Positions 12,676-36,501 of a stretch of DNA of 64,000 nucleotides are shown here, one piece after another. The notes under the pieces are model-generated. The model had not been told where the DNA came from and did not search any database. It saw only the letters and a list, made by a program, of their open reading frames with translations. This DNA comes from Macrostomum lignano (Eukaryota): positions 62,001 to 126,000 of the forward strand of contig NIVC01001704.1 of NCBI GenBank assembly GCA_002269645.1. The letters run 5' to 3'. A program made the position numbers and the translations under genes. How positions within the stretch are numbered: position 1 is the first letter of the stretch; every line of letters starts with the position of its first letter.

Positions 12676-14173
12676 CCTGCCAGTTCATGTGGCCAAAGCG
12701 ACTCCGGCAATCCAGTTCGCGGCGGCCGAAAACAACAGCAACACCTCATGCCCCACCGGCCAAGCTCAGTGTGAACTCGCGACTGAACCAGCTGCGTTAC
12801 TATGGCAACCAGCTGACTGCGCTTGATGCCCTGCGCAATGAGTTGCGTCAGTTTGCTGTTCGTCTGAAGGTGAGGCCTGAGGGCTTGCCGGATGCCAATG
12901 ATATCTCAAGCATCCCAGATCCTCACTGCACCAATATCCCAGATCCTCACTGCACCAATATCCCAGATCCTCACTGCACAAATATCCCAGATCCCCACTG
13001 CACCAGTATCCCAGATCCCCACTGCACCAATATCCCAGATCCCCACTGCGCCAATATCCTAGATCCCCGCTGCACCAATATCCCAGATCCTCACTTGCAT
13101 CAATATCCCAGATCCTCACTGCACGAATATCCCAGATCCCCACTTGCACCAATATCCCAGATCCTCACTTGCACCAATATCCCAGATCCTCACTTGCATC
13201 AATATCCCAGATCCCCACTGCGCCAATATCCCAGATCCCCGCTGCACCAATATCCCAGATCCTCACTTGCATCAATATCCCAGATCCCCGCTGCACCAAT
13301 ATCCCAGATCCTCATTTGCATCAATATCCCAGATCCTCACTGCACCAATATCCCAGATCCCCACTTGCACCAATATCCCGGATCCTCACTTGCACCAATA
13401 TCCCAGATCCTCACTTGCATCAATATCCCAGATCCTCACTGCACCAATATCCCAGATCCCCACTTGCACCAATATCCCAGATCCTCACTTGCACCAATAT
13501 CCCAGATCCTCACTTGCATCAATATCCCAGATCCTCACTGCACCAATATCCCAGATCCCCACTGCACCAATATCCCAGATCCCCACTGCACCAATATCCC
13601 AGATCCTCACTTGCATCAATATCCCAGATCCCCATTGCACCATCCAGATCCCCACGCCATTCCCAGTTCCCCACTGCGTCGCCCACAACACCAGCTACTC
13701 CGCCCACCACCCGTCCCCAGGTGGAGGCCGTGTCCCTGTCCGACATGCAGCGAGCGGCTGGTCTGGACGGCTCGGTGGGCGATCTGGACGACAAGGACGC
13801 CGCCACCGTGGGGTTCAGCAGCGCTGGCAGCGGCATCAGCGGCGAGTACACCGCAGGCCGGGGCTCGTCGGCGGCGGCTGCCGCTGTGTCGGCCGGCACC
13901 CGCGCCAGCAGCAGCAGCTGCAGCGGCGCCTGCTGGGACGATGCGCGCAGTTTTGCAACCACGGCGGCCGCGGCTTCCATTGCCGACACGGACGACACGG
14001 ACTCAAACTCGGGCTCAGTTGATGACGAGGAAGATGAGGAGGCTGACGAGTACAAGAACGCTGTTAATTATGTATCCAGCCTCATGGATGCGGAGTTTAA
14101 TGGCAGCTACAAGTCGGACACGGGGGGTGACGAGTCGTCTGACTCTGAGATCTACTCCGTGCACCAGCTGTAG
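12676..14173 (+). CDS. Unknown spliced protein: coiled-coil-like segment then Ser/Ala/acidic low-complexity tail; exons ~12676-12869 and 13721-14173
   Basis: Donor AAG/GTGAGG 12869/12870 and acceptor CCCCAG/GTG 13720/13721 join in phase 0 (...RQFAVRLK|VEAVSLSDMQ...HQL*); GC3-rich; probable 1-nt indel near 12750; true start unresolved. Confidence 0.65.
12907..13650. repeat. Intronic 21/23-bp minisatellite (CACCAATATCCCAGATCCTCACT[TG])
   Basis: About 33 units inside the intron 12870-13720. Confidence 0.95.
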
Positions 14174-14309
14174 CGCCCTCGCCTCACGCTTTGGCATTTC
14201 CTTTGTTTGATTTGGCGTTTGCATCGCATTGCGTGTTCCTTCCATGCGTATCTATGCCGTGATTTGTCCTTTTTGCACTGATATTGACTCACCAGTCTTC
14301 ATGAATGTT

Positions 14310-14500
14310 TTACGAGTGTTCACGTGGGTTTCATTGATTTTCACATGGGTGTCATCGGTGTTCACACGGGTTTCATCGGTGTTCACGCGGGTTTTATCAG
14401 TGTTCACGCGGGTTTTATCAGTGTTCACGCGGGTTTTATCAGTGTTCACGCGGGTTTTATCAGTGTTCACGCGGGTTTTATCAGTGTTCACGTGGGTTTC
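14310..14500. repeat. 21-bp minisatellite (GTGTTCACGCGGGTTTTATCA)
   Basis: About 8-9 units. Confidence 0.9.
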
Positions 14501-14899
14501 ATCGATATACGCTCGCGGGTTACGTAACTGATGCTCATGTACCAGATCTTCACGTGGACTTCATCAGTCTTAACTTAAGTTTGGTTGATGCCTTGATGGT
14601 GCTGATGGTCGCTCATTATACTCTTATATTGTAACCAAATTAACAAAAATACATTCTGTATAAATGATTACTTTACAAAGATTTCAAAACACGGTTTATT
14701 AAAGCCACGCTTCTAATTTTTTATTTTTAGTATCTGCATGCAGTGTGATGCTCGTGCCATGTAAAGGCGGAATAGCGATTAAAACGCAGATTGGACCTTG
14801 TGTGTCGTTCCTTCCTCCATGGATGATATCAATAATAAATGTAAAAGCCAAATTGTAAGTCTGCAAATTTATAGTGCATGAACTGAGATGTAAAATTAT

Positions 14900-15360
14900 G
14901 TAAATTGAAAGATGGTGCATGAAGCCAGAACAGCTCAGCAGTAAAACGCGCCTGACTTTCGCGCCACGATCCCTGTTTCGATACCGTGCGCGGCCGCATT
15001 GACGTCGAGATACAACTGCTTTCCCAGGTACGAGTAGTACATGTACCTGAAGATCTAAGTTGAGTAAAGTAAAATAATGTCCGGTCTTCATCTCTTCATC
15101 ATCATTGTACTTATAGTTTCCCGCGTCATACTGTTTTCTCCACGGAATTAATGAGTTTTGGCCTTGTACTCCAATGACATCCGTCACGATGAGACGTGTG
15201 AGTCCTCTCCTCTCGATGATCTTCAGGTACAGTATACTACACTATACATGTATATAACGTTATCCTGCCAAAAAATGCGCAGTCCGACCGAGTCTCTCGT
15301 CACGTCGAAGCTCTCATAGCTAATGCTTGCGCCTTCTCGAGCGACTCTCCGACTCAGTTT
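14900..15360 (-). pseudogene. Decayed paralog of the PAN/LamG gene at 4931-5869
   Basis: GASISYESFDVTRDSVGL vs SASISSEAFDVTRDSSGL; DNA AACTGCTTTCCCAGGT shared (15014 vs 5214); multiple indels and stops. Confidence 0.8.
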
Positions 15361-16825
15361 TAGTATACAGGAAGGAAGGCTTAATATTATTTGCAACTTT
15401 TGCTTTACATGCTGTATATGTACGGTTTGCATTATATGAAATAAGTTTATCATGTCATATTATTTAATCCAAAAGTATTCTTTGCGCCGAAGACATTAAT
15501 CTATAATGCTAAACATCTTTTACAACACTCAAGATCTGCTCCTGACGTTTCAACCATATATCCATGCAGATCCAGGTATATACAGATTCAAGTGGTACGG
15601 GTTCGGCTTTATTGCGGCTCCTCCAGACTTTTTGCTCTATTTCTTCAATTATTAAAATTGATTTTATAACATTTATAAATTTTTAATTTAGTCTTAAATA
15701 GCAGAAGTGTGTGAATTATTAATTTTCGTTTCCATGCAAGTTAGTTTTGTTTTAAATTTTTAATTTATGTTAACAACAGCGCTGTTATCAGTTCAATTTA
15801 AGTTATCTTTCGCAAAATAGAAAAATTAGCTTCAAGAATAAGAATTGCACTTTGCATTGCACCAACACAAACCGATAAATAATTCATTTTTTTGCTTTCC
15901 TAATTATTTTTGTAGGTGCAAGATATCGAAATAAGTTGTGCCACAACCAATTTTACCACTAATGAATTGTTTCCTGGCGTCTTAGCCTTCATATGTGTTA
16001 AATTTTTTATTTTCTTTTTTCGACACGCATTCGATTACAATTTCGCTTTGATAACTTAGCGAAACTGTATGAAGTAAAATAGTATACAGTGCAGCATGAA
16101 TTTTTATCACATGTATTTAGCAGGGTTTCAAAACAAATTTGAAAAATTAATGCTGCATTTTATTTTAAAAAGTAAATACGTTAGCGGAATTAAAAATTGA
16201 AAACATAAATCATACAGCATACATGACAATGACACATTTAGTTTTAAACTTTCAGGGGCTAGAAAGGTTTAGAAAAGCGGTTGAGCCGCTTTTCTGAAAT
16301 CGATCACATACCTAGCAACCTAGATATCAAAAAAAAACATTTTTAGTATATGGACAGGTGTTAAAAATCAATTATCTCATAAAAATCTGTGGTAAAATTT
16401 CTTTCAAAGTAGCAGCTTTGTTTTAAAGATGAAGATGGTTTTACTGTAGGTGTAGATAGTGCAACAGGAATTTGAAGCTGTAAGAAATTAGCACCTGACA
16501 TCTCTCCATCATTCTATTTGCTTTTTTATTTTTTCCGATGTGCCCCTGTGTGTAAACAAAAATAATGTTTGGATACTTCTTTTTTGTGAAATGAAATTCG
16601 TGACTTGCAAAAAAATGATGTTTCAAGTTTTACCATAATATATATTTAGCCTTGAGTATACTTTTAAGATAGGACAATTATATTCAGAAGGCTTGATATT
16701 TTTGACTAATTATATAACACATTTTATGCTCTGTTATACAAAAAGAAATCCAAAATGAAAAGAAATGAATGAATGGCCCCCTAACAGCATCGCTCGCCCT
16801 TTCAGCCAGCTGCGCCCATTCCATC

Positions 16826-29980
<13,155 letters not shown>

Positions 29981-30569
29981 AGACTACAAAACTTTGCCCC
30001 GAAAGCAAACTTTCAATATTTTTTGCTCCAGATTCAGGACACCTCAGATGCCAATTATCTAACTGCTTTGTACCTCTCATTAACGTTAATCAGACACTAC
30101 TCTGGAATCTGTTAATAGCGTGTGATATCAGCGTAAGCATCCTTACTGCCCTTCAGCGTCCCCGGCTGGCTCGCAAAGCATCTGGGGACAAGGAAAGTAC
30201 AAGATCAAATATTTATTAGCTTCACAATGCTCTAGAGCTGACAACTGCGCAACCTGTGTAAACAGTCGCACGCACCTTGATATACCTTTAATAAAATGAT
30301 TTTGCACCAAGGTTGAGTCGGATGTATTAAGCATGGATTGCAATATTTTGCACAACTTTATAATTCGATGTAGAATGATGGCTGCGCCAAAAATAGCACA
30401 GTACATGACACGGAATTCCCACTTACCTGAAACCTGTTTTGATTTATTTTTTGAACTAAATAAAAATTAACATATTGTCTGCCCTTGTCTCTTGTTACTA
30501 CAACTTTCGCACTTATGCAATCATTCTTGTTATTCATTTAAATCGAAAAAATAAAAAAACTGGGATTAT

Positions 30570-31320
30570 TCTGTTGTGTCCCGAGACGGACCAGCCGGCT
30601 TCGTCTCGCGCTCCGTACGAGCAGGGAGACTCAGCCCCAGTCCTGCTGCTTGCCAACCCGCTGTCGCACAAACGCGCAGGCAGTAGGCCGGCAACCAGGG
30701 TCGCAGCGAACGCACAGGCCCTGGTGACGATGTCCTACTGGCACTAGACCCCCTAATAGCAGAAGCAGGACGATACTTACGGTGGCACAGGTTGCTCAAC
30801 TTGGTGCTCTAGGCGTCTCTGTGTAACTACGATGTGTAACTGTGTAACTCTGTCTCTGGCAACCTGCTCGGTGTTGGATCTGCCCGGGCGGAAGCCGCTT
30901 TGGAGGCTCAGCAGCAGCGGGTTGAGGCCAGGCAAGAGGCAGTTGCGCAGAGTTGTGTTCAGCAGCTTAAGCGTTGTGCATTCTAGCGCGATGCCCCGCT
31001 GGTTGTCCATTGGAGATGCACCATTGCTGAGGAACTGAAGCGGAATCGTTGCCTCTAAAGCTGCAGTGCTGGTTCAGCAAACTGGTGATGATTGGGGCAA
31101 TGGCGAGTTGAAGGCACCAGCAACAATCATGACAGAGTCACGAGCAGGGATGGAATCAAGCATGCAGCCCAGAGTGTTGTAAAGGATCTTCGCAGGTCCG
31201 GGGGCCGTTGGAGCATAGGCTCTGCGACGAGGGCGCCCGTGCTGGGCTGCTGGTGAATGCTCAAATGACGGAGGCGCTGCGCGGAGGCACGAATACCGCC
31301 CCAACTCTCACGCTCCCTAT
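30570..31320 (-). mobile_element. Degenerate, internally deleted non-LTR retrotransposon (RTE-like) fragment
   Basis: Minus strand: APE remnant LYNTLGCMLDSIPARDSVMIVAGAFNSPL; RT remnant LLNTTLRNCLLPGLNPLLLSLQSGFRPGRSNTEQV; frameshifted YLGGLVP and LYGAET remnants. Confidence 0.75.
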
Positions 31321-31329
31321 AGGAGACCA

Positions 31330-31865
31330 CATCGCGGTGTGCGAGGACGCCTGGTGATGAACCGCCCCGAAGCGATTGTCTCCGACAGGAGGAACCAGAG
31401 GAACAACCTGAAGGTGCGCCTGTTCCGCGCGGCCGTCGAGCCGATCCTCCTGTACGGCATGGAGGCTGTGCCGCTGACCGAGACGCGAGAGCGAGCCCTG
31501 GACGCGCTCTACCGATCGCTGCTGCGCTACGCGCTGGGCGTGCACTACCCAGAGCGCCTGTCGACCAACACTCTGATGTCCCGCGCTGGAACTCCGCCCC
31601 TGAGCGCTACCCTGCGCCGGCGCCATCAGATGCTTCTGGGCCACTGCCTACGGACTCTGGGTCGCGGTGCACCCGTCTCTTTGGCCCTGCTGCACCGGCC
31701 GACCGAGCAGTTGCGCCGCGGCCAGGCCCACACTGCAGCTCTGACTGACTGCCTCATCGCTGACTTGCAGGCGCTTGAGCTGAGCCCCTCAGACTGCTGC
31801 TGCCTGCCCCTTCCGACTGTTCTGCAAGCGCGTGCGCGCAAGGGGCCTCCCCTCTGCGTCCTAAT
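31330..31865 (+). mobile_element. 5'-truncated RTE-like LINE, RT C-terminal region and 3' end
   Basis: LKVRLFRAAVEPILLYGMEAVPLTETRERALDALYRSLLRYALGVHYPERLST...LRRR...LGHCLR is typical of the post-RT region of RTE/CR1-type ORF2. Confidence 0.8.
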
Positions 31866-31914
31866 ATCAATATTTATATATACGCTCGTATATCAATATT
31901 TTATTGAACAGGTA

Positions 31915-32122
31915 ACAGCGTATGGGGTCCCAGCTGCAGCAGGGGCGCCAGTTACAGCGTGGGCGCCAGCTACAGCGGGGGCGCCAGTTACAGCGTGGGT
32001 GCCAGCTACAGCGGGGCGCCTTCTACAGCGGGGCGCCAGCTACAGCGGGGCGCCAGCTACAGCGGGGTGCCAGCTACAGCGGATGGGGTGCCAGTTACAG
32101 TGGGGGCGCCAGCTACAGCGGG
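31915..32122. repeat. ~19-bp minisatellite (GCGCCAGCTACAGCGGGG)
   Basis: About 10 units. Confidence 0.88.
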
Positions 32123-32839
32123 GGAGCCACCCTCCGCTTGTGCAACCTCTAATCCAGAGGTAATCAGTCTAGAGAGCGGAATTAATTAAAATTTTGCCTA
32201 AGTCATTGCAATACAAGACGATCACTCGTAGACGGTTTTTTCCCGACAACTGAATATAATTTTATTTGCCACAAGGAATTGATTTAGATGGAATGAAATA
32301 GTTGCACTATACTACTTTCAAATACAAAGTAGATCCATTTCTTGTTTCTGGAGCTGAAGCCTTACAAATAATTTAGTTTATACAATCAGAGCTGTAAAAT
32401 TATTTTTTATTGACAAAAAAGTTTCTTGAACACTAGTTTTGATTAATTATATTACACATGTTGTTTTGGCATTTCTATGTCATTCGTTCATTCATTTCAG
32501 TTTTAGTCTACCCAAAGGAATTCCCTTTTTAGACCCATGCCACGCAAGCAACTCGCTATCGTCCAATGAGATGAGAGGAATCATTCCATTCCTCAAGGTC
32601 ACAGTGAACTTGGCGTCAAATCCCTATTATACTGAGGTTCGTGTGGACTGTGGAGAGTTTTGAATGTGAACTGCAGAGCAGACACGTTTGCTTTTCCACT
32701 TAATTCTTACAAAACGACAACAGGAATCAGGATATTAATTATTAGAACACTATACAGAAATGGGTTATAAGAAATATAGTCCATTTTGCAAATCTATAAA
32801 GATTTTGCTACTACTTTCTTTTATGTACTTTACGACAAG

Positions 32840-33340
32840 ACTGGATGCAATTGGCATTGATCTATCCAAGCCCAAGATACCGGTTACAATGAACGAATTC
32901 GACTATGACAGTAAGTTTTTCCGGTCGCAATTTATTATTTTTACTTCTCATTTGATCTTAAAATTTGTATTTGCATTATTGTAAGATTCATATAGTCATT
33001 TGATTTTCATCCTTTGACCTGTTATCAAGTCAAGATAATAATTAAGGCATATTATATTGTGCAAAAGCAGCAAAACATTAACAAGTGTTACTTCAGTCTA
33101 TTATTTTCATTATTATGTAAATAATAAAAAATCGCTAAATTTTCAGAGCTACCAGTTTATTGCGAAGGCAGCACAAATCACTTTCCATGCAAGGCTGAAA
33201 ACGGCGAAGTCTACTGTCTACCCAACTCCTTGAAATGCCGAATGAAGTGCACTAACGATGCCGACTTTAAATGTGAACACTCTGGTGAGTACTTTTTGAA
33301 TATTCGATTTACAAATGCTAATTCAGATAGTAGGCAATAG
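32840..33340 (+). CDS. Candidate spliced gene ending in a divergent six-cysteine LDLa-like module
   Basis: Exons 32840-32910 (donor GACA/GTAAGT), 33147-33284 (TTTCAG acceptor, CTG/GTGAGT donor, phase 1-1) and 33327-33340 join in frame: ...EFDYDK|LPVYCEGSTNHFPCKAENGEVYCLPNSLKCRMKCTNDADFKCEHS|DSRQ*; upstream exons uncertain (ORF 32439-32663). Confidence 0.45.
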
Positions 33341-34023
33341 ACATTGTCACAACAGACTTGTTTTGTTGTTTTCGCTGAGAACTTGGGCCGAACTGGCAGA
33401 CTCAAAGCGGGAAATAAAAACATTATTATCTGCTTCTTCATGTTTGCCAATAATACTAATAGATAAAGCAGTTAAGTGCACATTTTTATTAACATTGCCT
33501 TAAAAGTTAATGAATGTAAGCGATACGGACGGCCTACTTTGTTAAAAAATCGCCGCGGAAGTGCAGAATGGAACAGAGTCAAGTCAGAGAGATAAGAGAT
33601 CGGATAGATAAAGTGACCAATTTATTTAACTGCCCTCCAAACTTGAGCTGAGACCCCACCTCACCGTGAACCCACCCCCTTGCGCCCGCCCTGTGCAATG
33701 CCAGTACAGTGAATGAATTCACTTATAATGAAACTGGGCTTGCGGCTTTCATTTAAAAGCTTAAATGATTGCGCAAATTCAAGGCTCAATTCAATTAACT
33801 GCAAATGCTGAGCAAGGGCATATTGTTTAGGGAATTAGGGGGGGGGGGGCTGCGGAGCAAATTGGCGCGCGCGTGTGGGGCGGCGCCTTTAATCCTTTGC
33901 TCTCTGATTCTCACTGTCGATTGCGCGCAATAAACAAAATCAATCGCCTTTATAAACTGCACCGGTCTCAGTCGCCTTTGTTATAGTAGAGCAAATTCTG
34001 TCTATCTTACTCAATCGCAAAAT

Positions 34024-36501
34024 ATGAAAGCATTGGCATCGCTGACTCTGTTAGCACTGCTGGCCTCCGTTGCAGCCACGGACTGCAAGCCCGGCCAGTT
34101 CGCCTGCAAAAAGTCCAACGCCACCGACTCGCTGATTTGCATCCCGGACGAGAGCCTGTGCGACGGCCTGGTCCACTGTCCCGACAAGGATGATGAAAAC
34201 CTCGGCATGTGCAGCAAGCGCACCTGCGATTCCGCACTTCAGTTTGCCTGCAAGTCTCCCGGGCACTGCATCCCAATCGGCCGCAAGTGCGACGGCTCAT
34301 TCGACTGCAAACGCCCCGGCCTTGACGATAAGTCCGACGAGCAGAACTGTCACGCTACCAACAAGCAGCTGATGCTGACGCAGACCGCCTGCGGCACTGG
34401 GCAGTTTGCCTGCCACAGTGGCGATCACTGCATCAGCAAGGAGTTCCACTGCGACGGTTTCAAAGACTGCCTCGACGGGTCTGACGAATTCAACTGCAAA
34501 ATCGGATGCACCAAGAACGAATTCGAGTGCGACGGCCGCTGCGTTGATAAGAAGCTGATTTGCGACGGCAAGCTGGACTGCGAAGATCATTCGGACGAAT
34601 CCTCGTGCAAGTACAGCGAGTGCACGTTCTCTTCGGAGTTCAAGTGCCGCAACAGCAACAAGTGCGTCTCCAAGAGCTTCCTGTGCGACACCAACAACGA
34701 CTGCGACACTGGCGACGACGAGGTGTGCCCGGCCGGCCACCAAGTGTGCAAGGACCCCAAATATTGGACCTGCCTGTCCGGCAAATACTGCGTGCCCTTA
34801 GCCAACCGGTGCGACTCTCTGGTCCACTGTCCTGACGGCAGCGACGAGATGGACTGTCCGACCGTCGTGCCTCCGCCTGGCAAGACCGTGTGCGCTCCCG
34901 GCTACCACCTGTGCAACGGAACCCGGACCTGCGTCGACACCATGGCTGCCTGCGCCGGCAACGCCCGCTGCCCGCAGCCGGACTCTGAGCTGCACGAAAT
35001 CTGCCGCAACCATCACAACGCCCAGAGTCCCTGTCACAGCAACAACGGCGGCTGCGAACAGCTGTGCGAGCCCTTCCTGATCAATAACAAAGTGATGCCC
35101 CGCTGCTACTGCCATTCCGGCTACCAGAGCTCGCCTGACCAGCCTCACCGCTGCATCGACATCAACGAGTGCGAGGAGTTCGGCTTATGCGACCAGCTGT
35201 GCACCAACACGATTGGCAGCTACAAGTGCTCATGCCGGCCTGGATACACCTTGTTCGGCTCCACCTGCAAGGCGCACGGCTCAGTCAAGCTGCTGTACAG
35301 CACCGATTCGCACATCGAGTACATGGATTTCGATTCCCATCAGCGAATTAAAGTACACAACGAATATTACGTGAAGTACCTGTCATACGACTACGCCAAC
35401 AAGCGCATTTTCTATCACGACCGAGCGGGCAACGTTGGCTCAGTGGGGATTGGCGGCTCCGACGAGCGGATCATCCTCAACTACACCGTCATCGACGCCA
35501 TCGCCTACGACTGGACCCGCGGCCTGCTGTTTTACACTCGCCCTAAAAACATATTCGTTAAAAATGACAGCGGCTACATCGGCGTTATCAACGTCACCTC
35601 CGGCCGGCAGGCCGTCGTTCGTGTACTCGACTGTCCCAGAGGCCTGGTCCTTGATCCCGAGCTGTTCACCGTCTACTTCACCATGTGGTGCGGCCAACAG
35701 CCGGGCATCTACAGCATGCGCATGGACGGCAGCGAGTTCCGCCTGCTGTTCAATCCCAGCACGCTACCTGGCTACTTGGCCATCGACACGGCGCAGAGTC
35801 CCGCCCGGCTGTACTGGACCGACGTGCGTCACAACGGTATCTACAGCGCCAACGTCAAAGGCCGCGATATGCGCGTCCACTTGCGCACCGGCAAGTACCA
35901 CGACCTGGCGGTCTTCGAGGACAAGCTGTACATGACGCATTTGCACGAGGGCCGGCTGTACCAAACCAACAAGTTTGTTCCGGAATCGCCAATAGAGATG
36001 CTGAACATCTCCTCGAACTCCATGCTAGCCGTGAGCGTTTATCACTCGCTGATGCAGCCTCGGCCTCGCGGCCAGCTGCCGCAGTGTGATTGTCAGCACA
36101 TCTGCCTGGCGCCGCCGTCTGGAAAAGCTACCTGCCTGTGCGACATCAACTACCGAGCTGAGTCCAATGGCAACTCAACAAATTGCGTTGCCAAGCCCGG
36201 TCGTGGCCGTCTGTCCGGCCCTCTGACGCCGTCTCTGGAGCAGCTGGGCAGCGCGGACGCCAACAGGGAGGCGGACAACCAGCAGCCGGCAGAGGCTCGC
36301 GTCGGCTCCATCGCCGGCATCGTCATTGGCGCCCTCTGCGTCTGCCTGATCCTCGGCGTGGCCCTGGCCATGTACTGCCTGCGCGTCCAGGATAGGCAGT
36401 CCATCAGCCTGGTCGGCGAGGCTGGCGGCGACTCGTTAGTAAGCAAGTGCAAGGGTCGCGGCGGCATGCCGAAAGTGAGCTCGGTGAGCGCAATTTCTTA
36501 G
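34024..36501 (+). CDS. LDL-receptor family protein (LDLR/VLDLR/lipophorin-receptor-like), intronless, 825 aa
   Basis: Signal peptide; six canonical plus one degenerate LDLa repeats (CDG..DC.D.SDE); two EGF repeats including Ca-binding DINEC; YWTD propeller (YDWT, YFTM, YWTD, YMTH); EGF; TM IAGIVIGALCVCLILGVALAMYCL; 39-aa tail; TATAAA at ~33951. Confidence 0.93.
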   Translation: MKALASLTLLALLASVAATDCKPGQFACKKSNATDSLICIPDESLCDGLVHCPDKDDENLGMCSKRTCDSALQFACKSPGHCIPIGRKCDGSFDCKRPGLDDKSDEQNCHATNKQLMLTQTACGTGQFACHSGDHCISKEFHCDGFKDCLDGSDEFNCKIGCTKNEFECDGRCVDKKLICDGKLDCEDHSDESSCKYSECTFSSEFKCRNSNKCVSKSFLCDTNNDCDTGDDEVCPAGHQVCKDPKYWTCLSGKYCVPLANRCDSLVHCPDGSDEMDCPTVVPPPGKTVCAPGYHLCNGTRTCVDTMAACAGNARCPQPDSELHEICRNHHNAQSPCHSNNGGCEQLCEPFLINNKVMPRCYCHSGYQSSPDQPHRCIDINECEEFGLCDQLCTNTIGSYKCSCRPGYTLFGSTCKAHGSVKLLYSTDSHIEYMDFDSHQRIKVHNEYYVKYLSYDYANKRIFYHDRAGNVGSVGIGGSDERIILNYTVIDAIAYDWTRGLLFYTRPKNIFVKNDSGYIGVINVTSGRQAVVRVLDCPRGLVLDPELFTVYFTMWCGQQPGIYSMRMDGSEFRLLFNPSTLPGYLAIDTAQSPARLYWTDVRHNGIYSANVKGRDMRVHLRTGKYHDLAVFEDKLYMTHLHEGRLYQTNKFVPESPIEMLNISSNSMLAVSVYHSLMQPRPRGQLPQCDCQHICLAPPSGKATCLCDINYRAESNGNSTNCVAKPGRGRLSGPLTPSLEQLGSADANREADNQQPAEARVGSIAGIVIGALCVCLILGVALAMYCLRVQDRQSISLVGEAGGDSLVSKCKGRGGMPKVSSVSAIS

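Noticed and set aside
30570-31865. Twin-priming 5' inversion of a single LINE
   Set aside because: The two parts overlap in homologous RT C-terminal sequence with different residues; no TSD seen
33654-33680. Sterol response element upstream of the LDLR-like gene
   Set aside because: Only loose CCCCAC/TCAC resemblance, no ATCACCCCAC match
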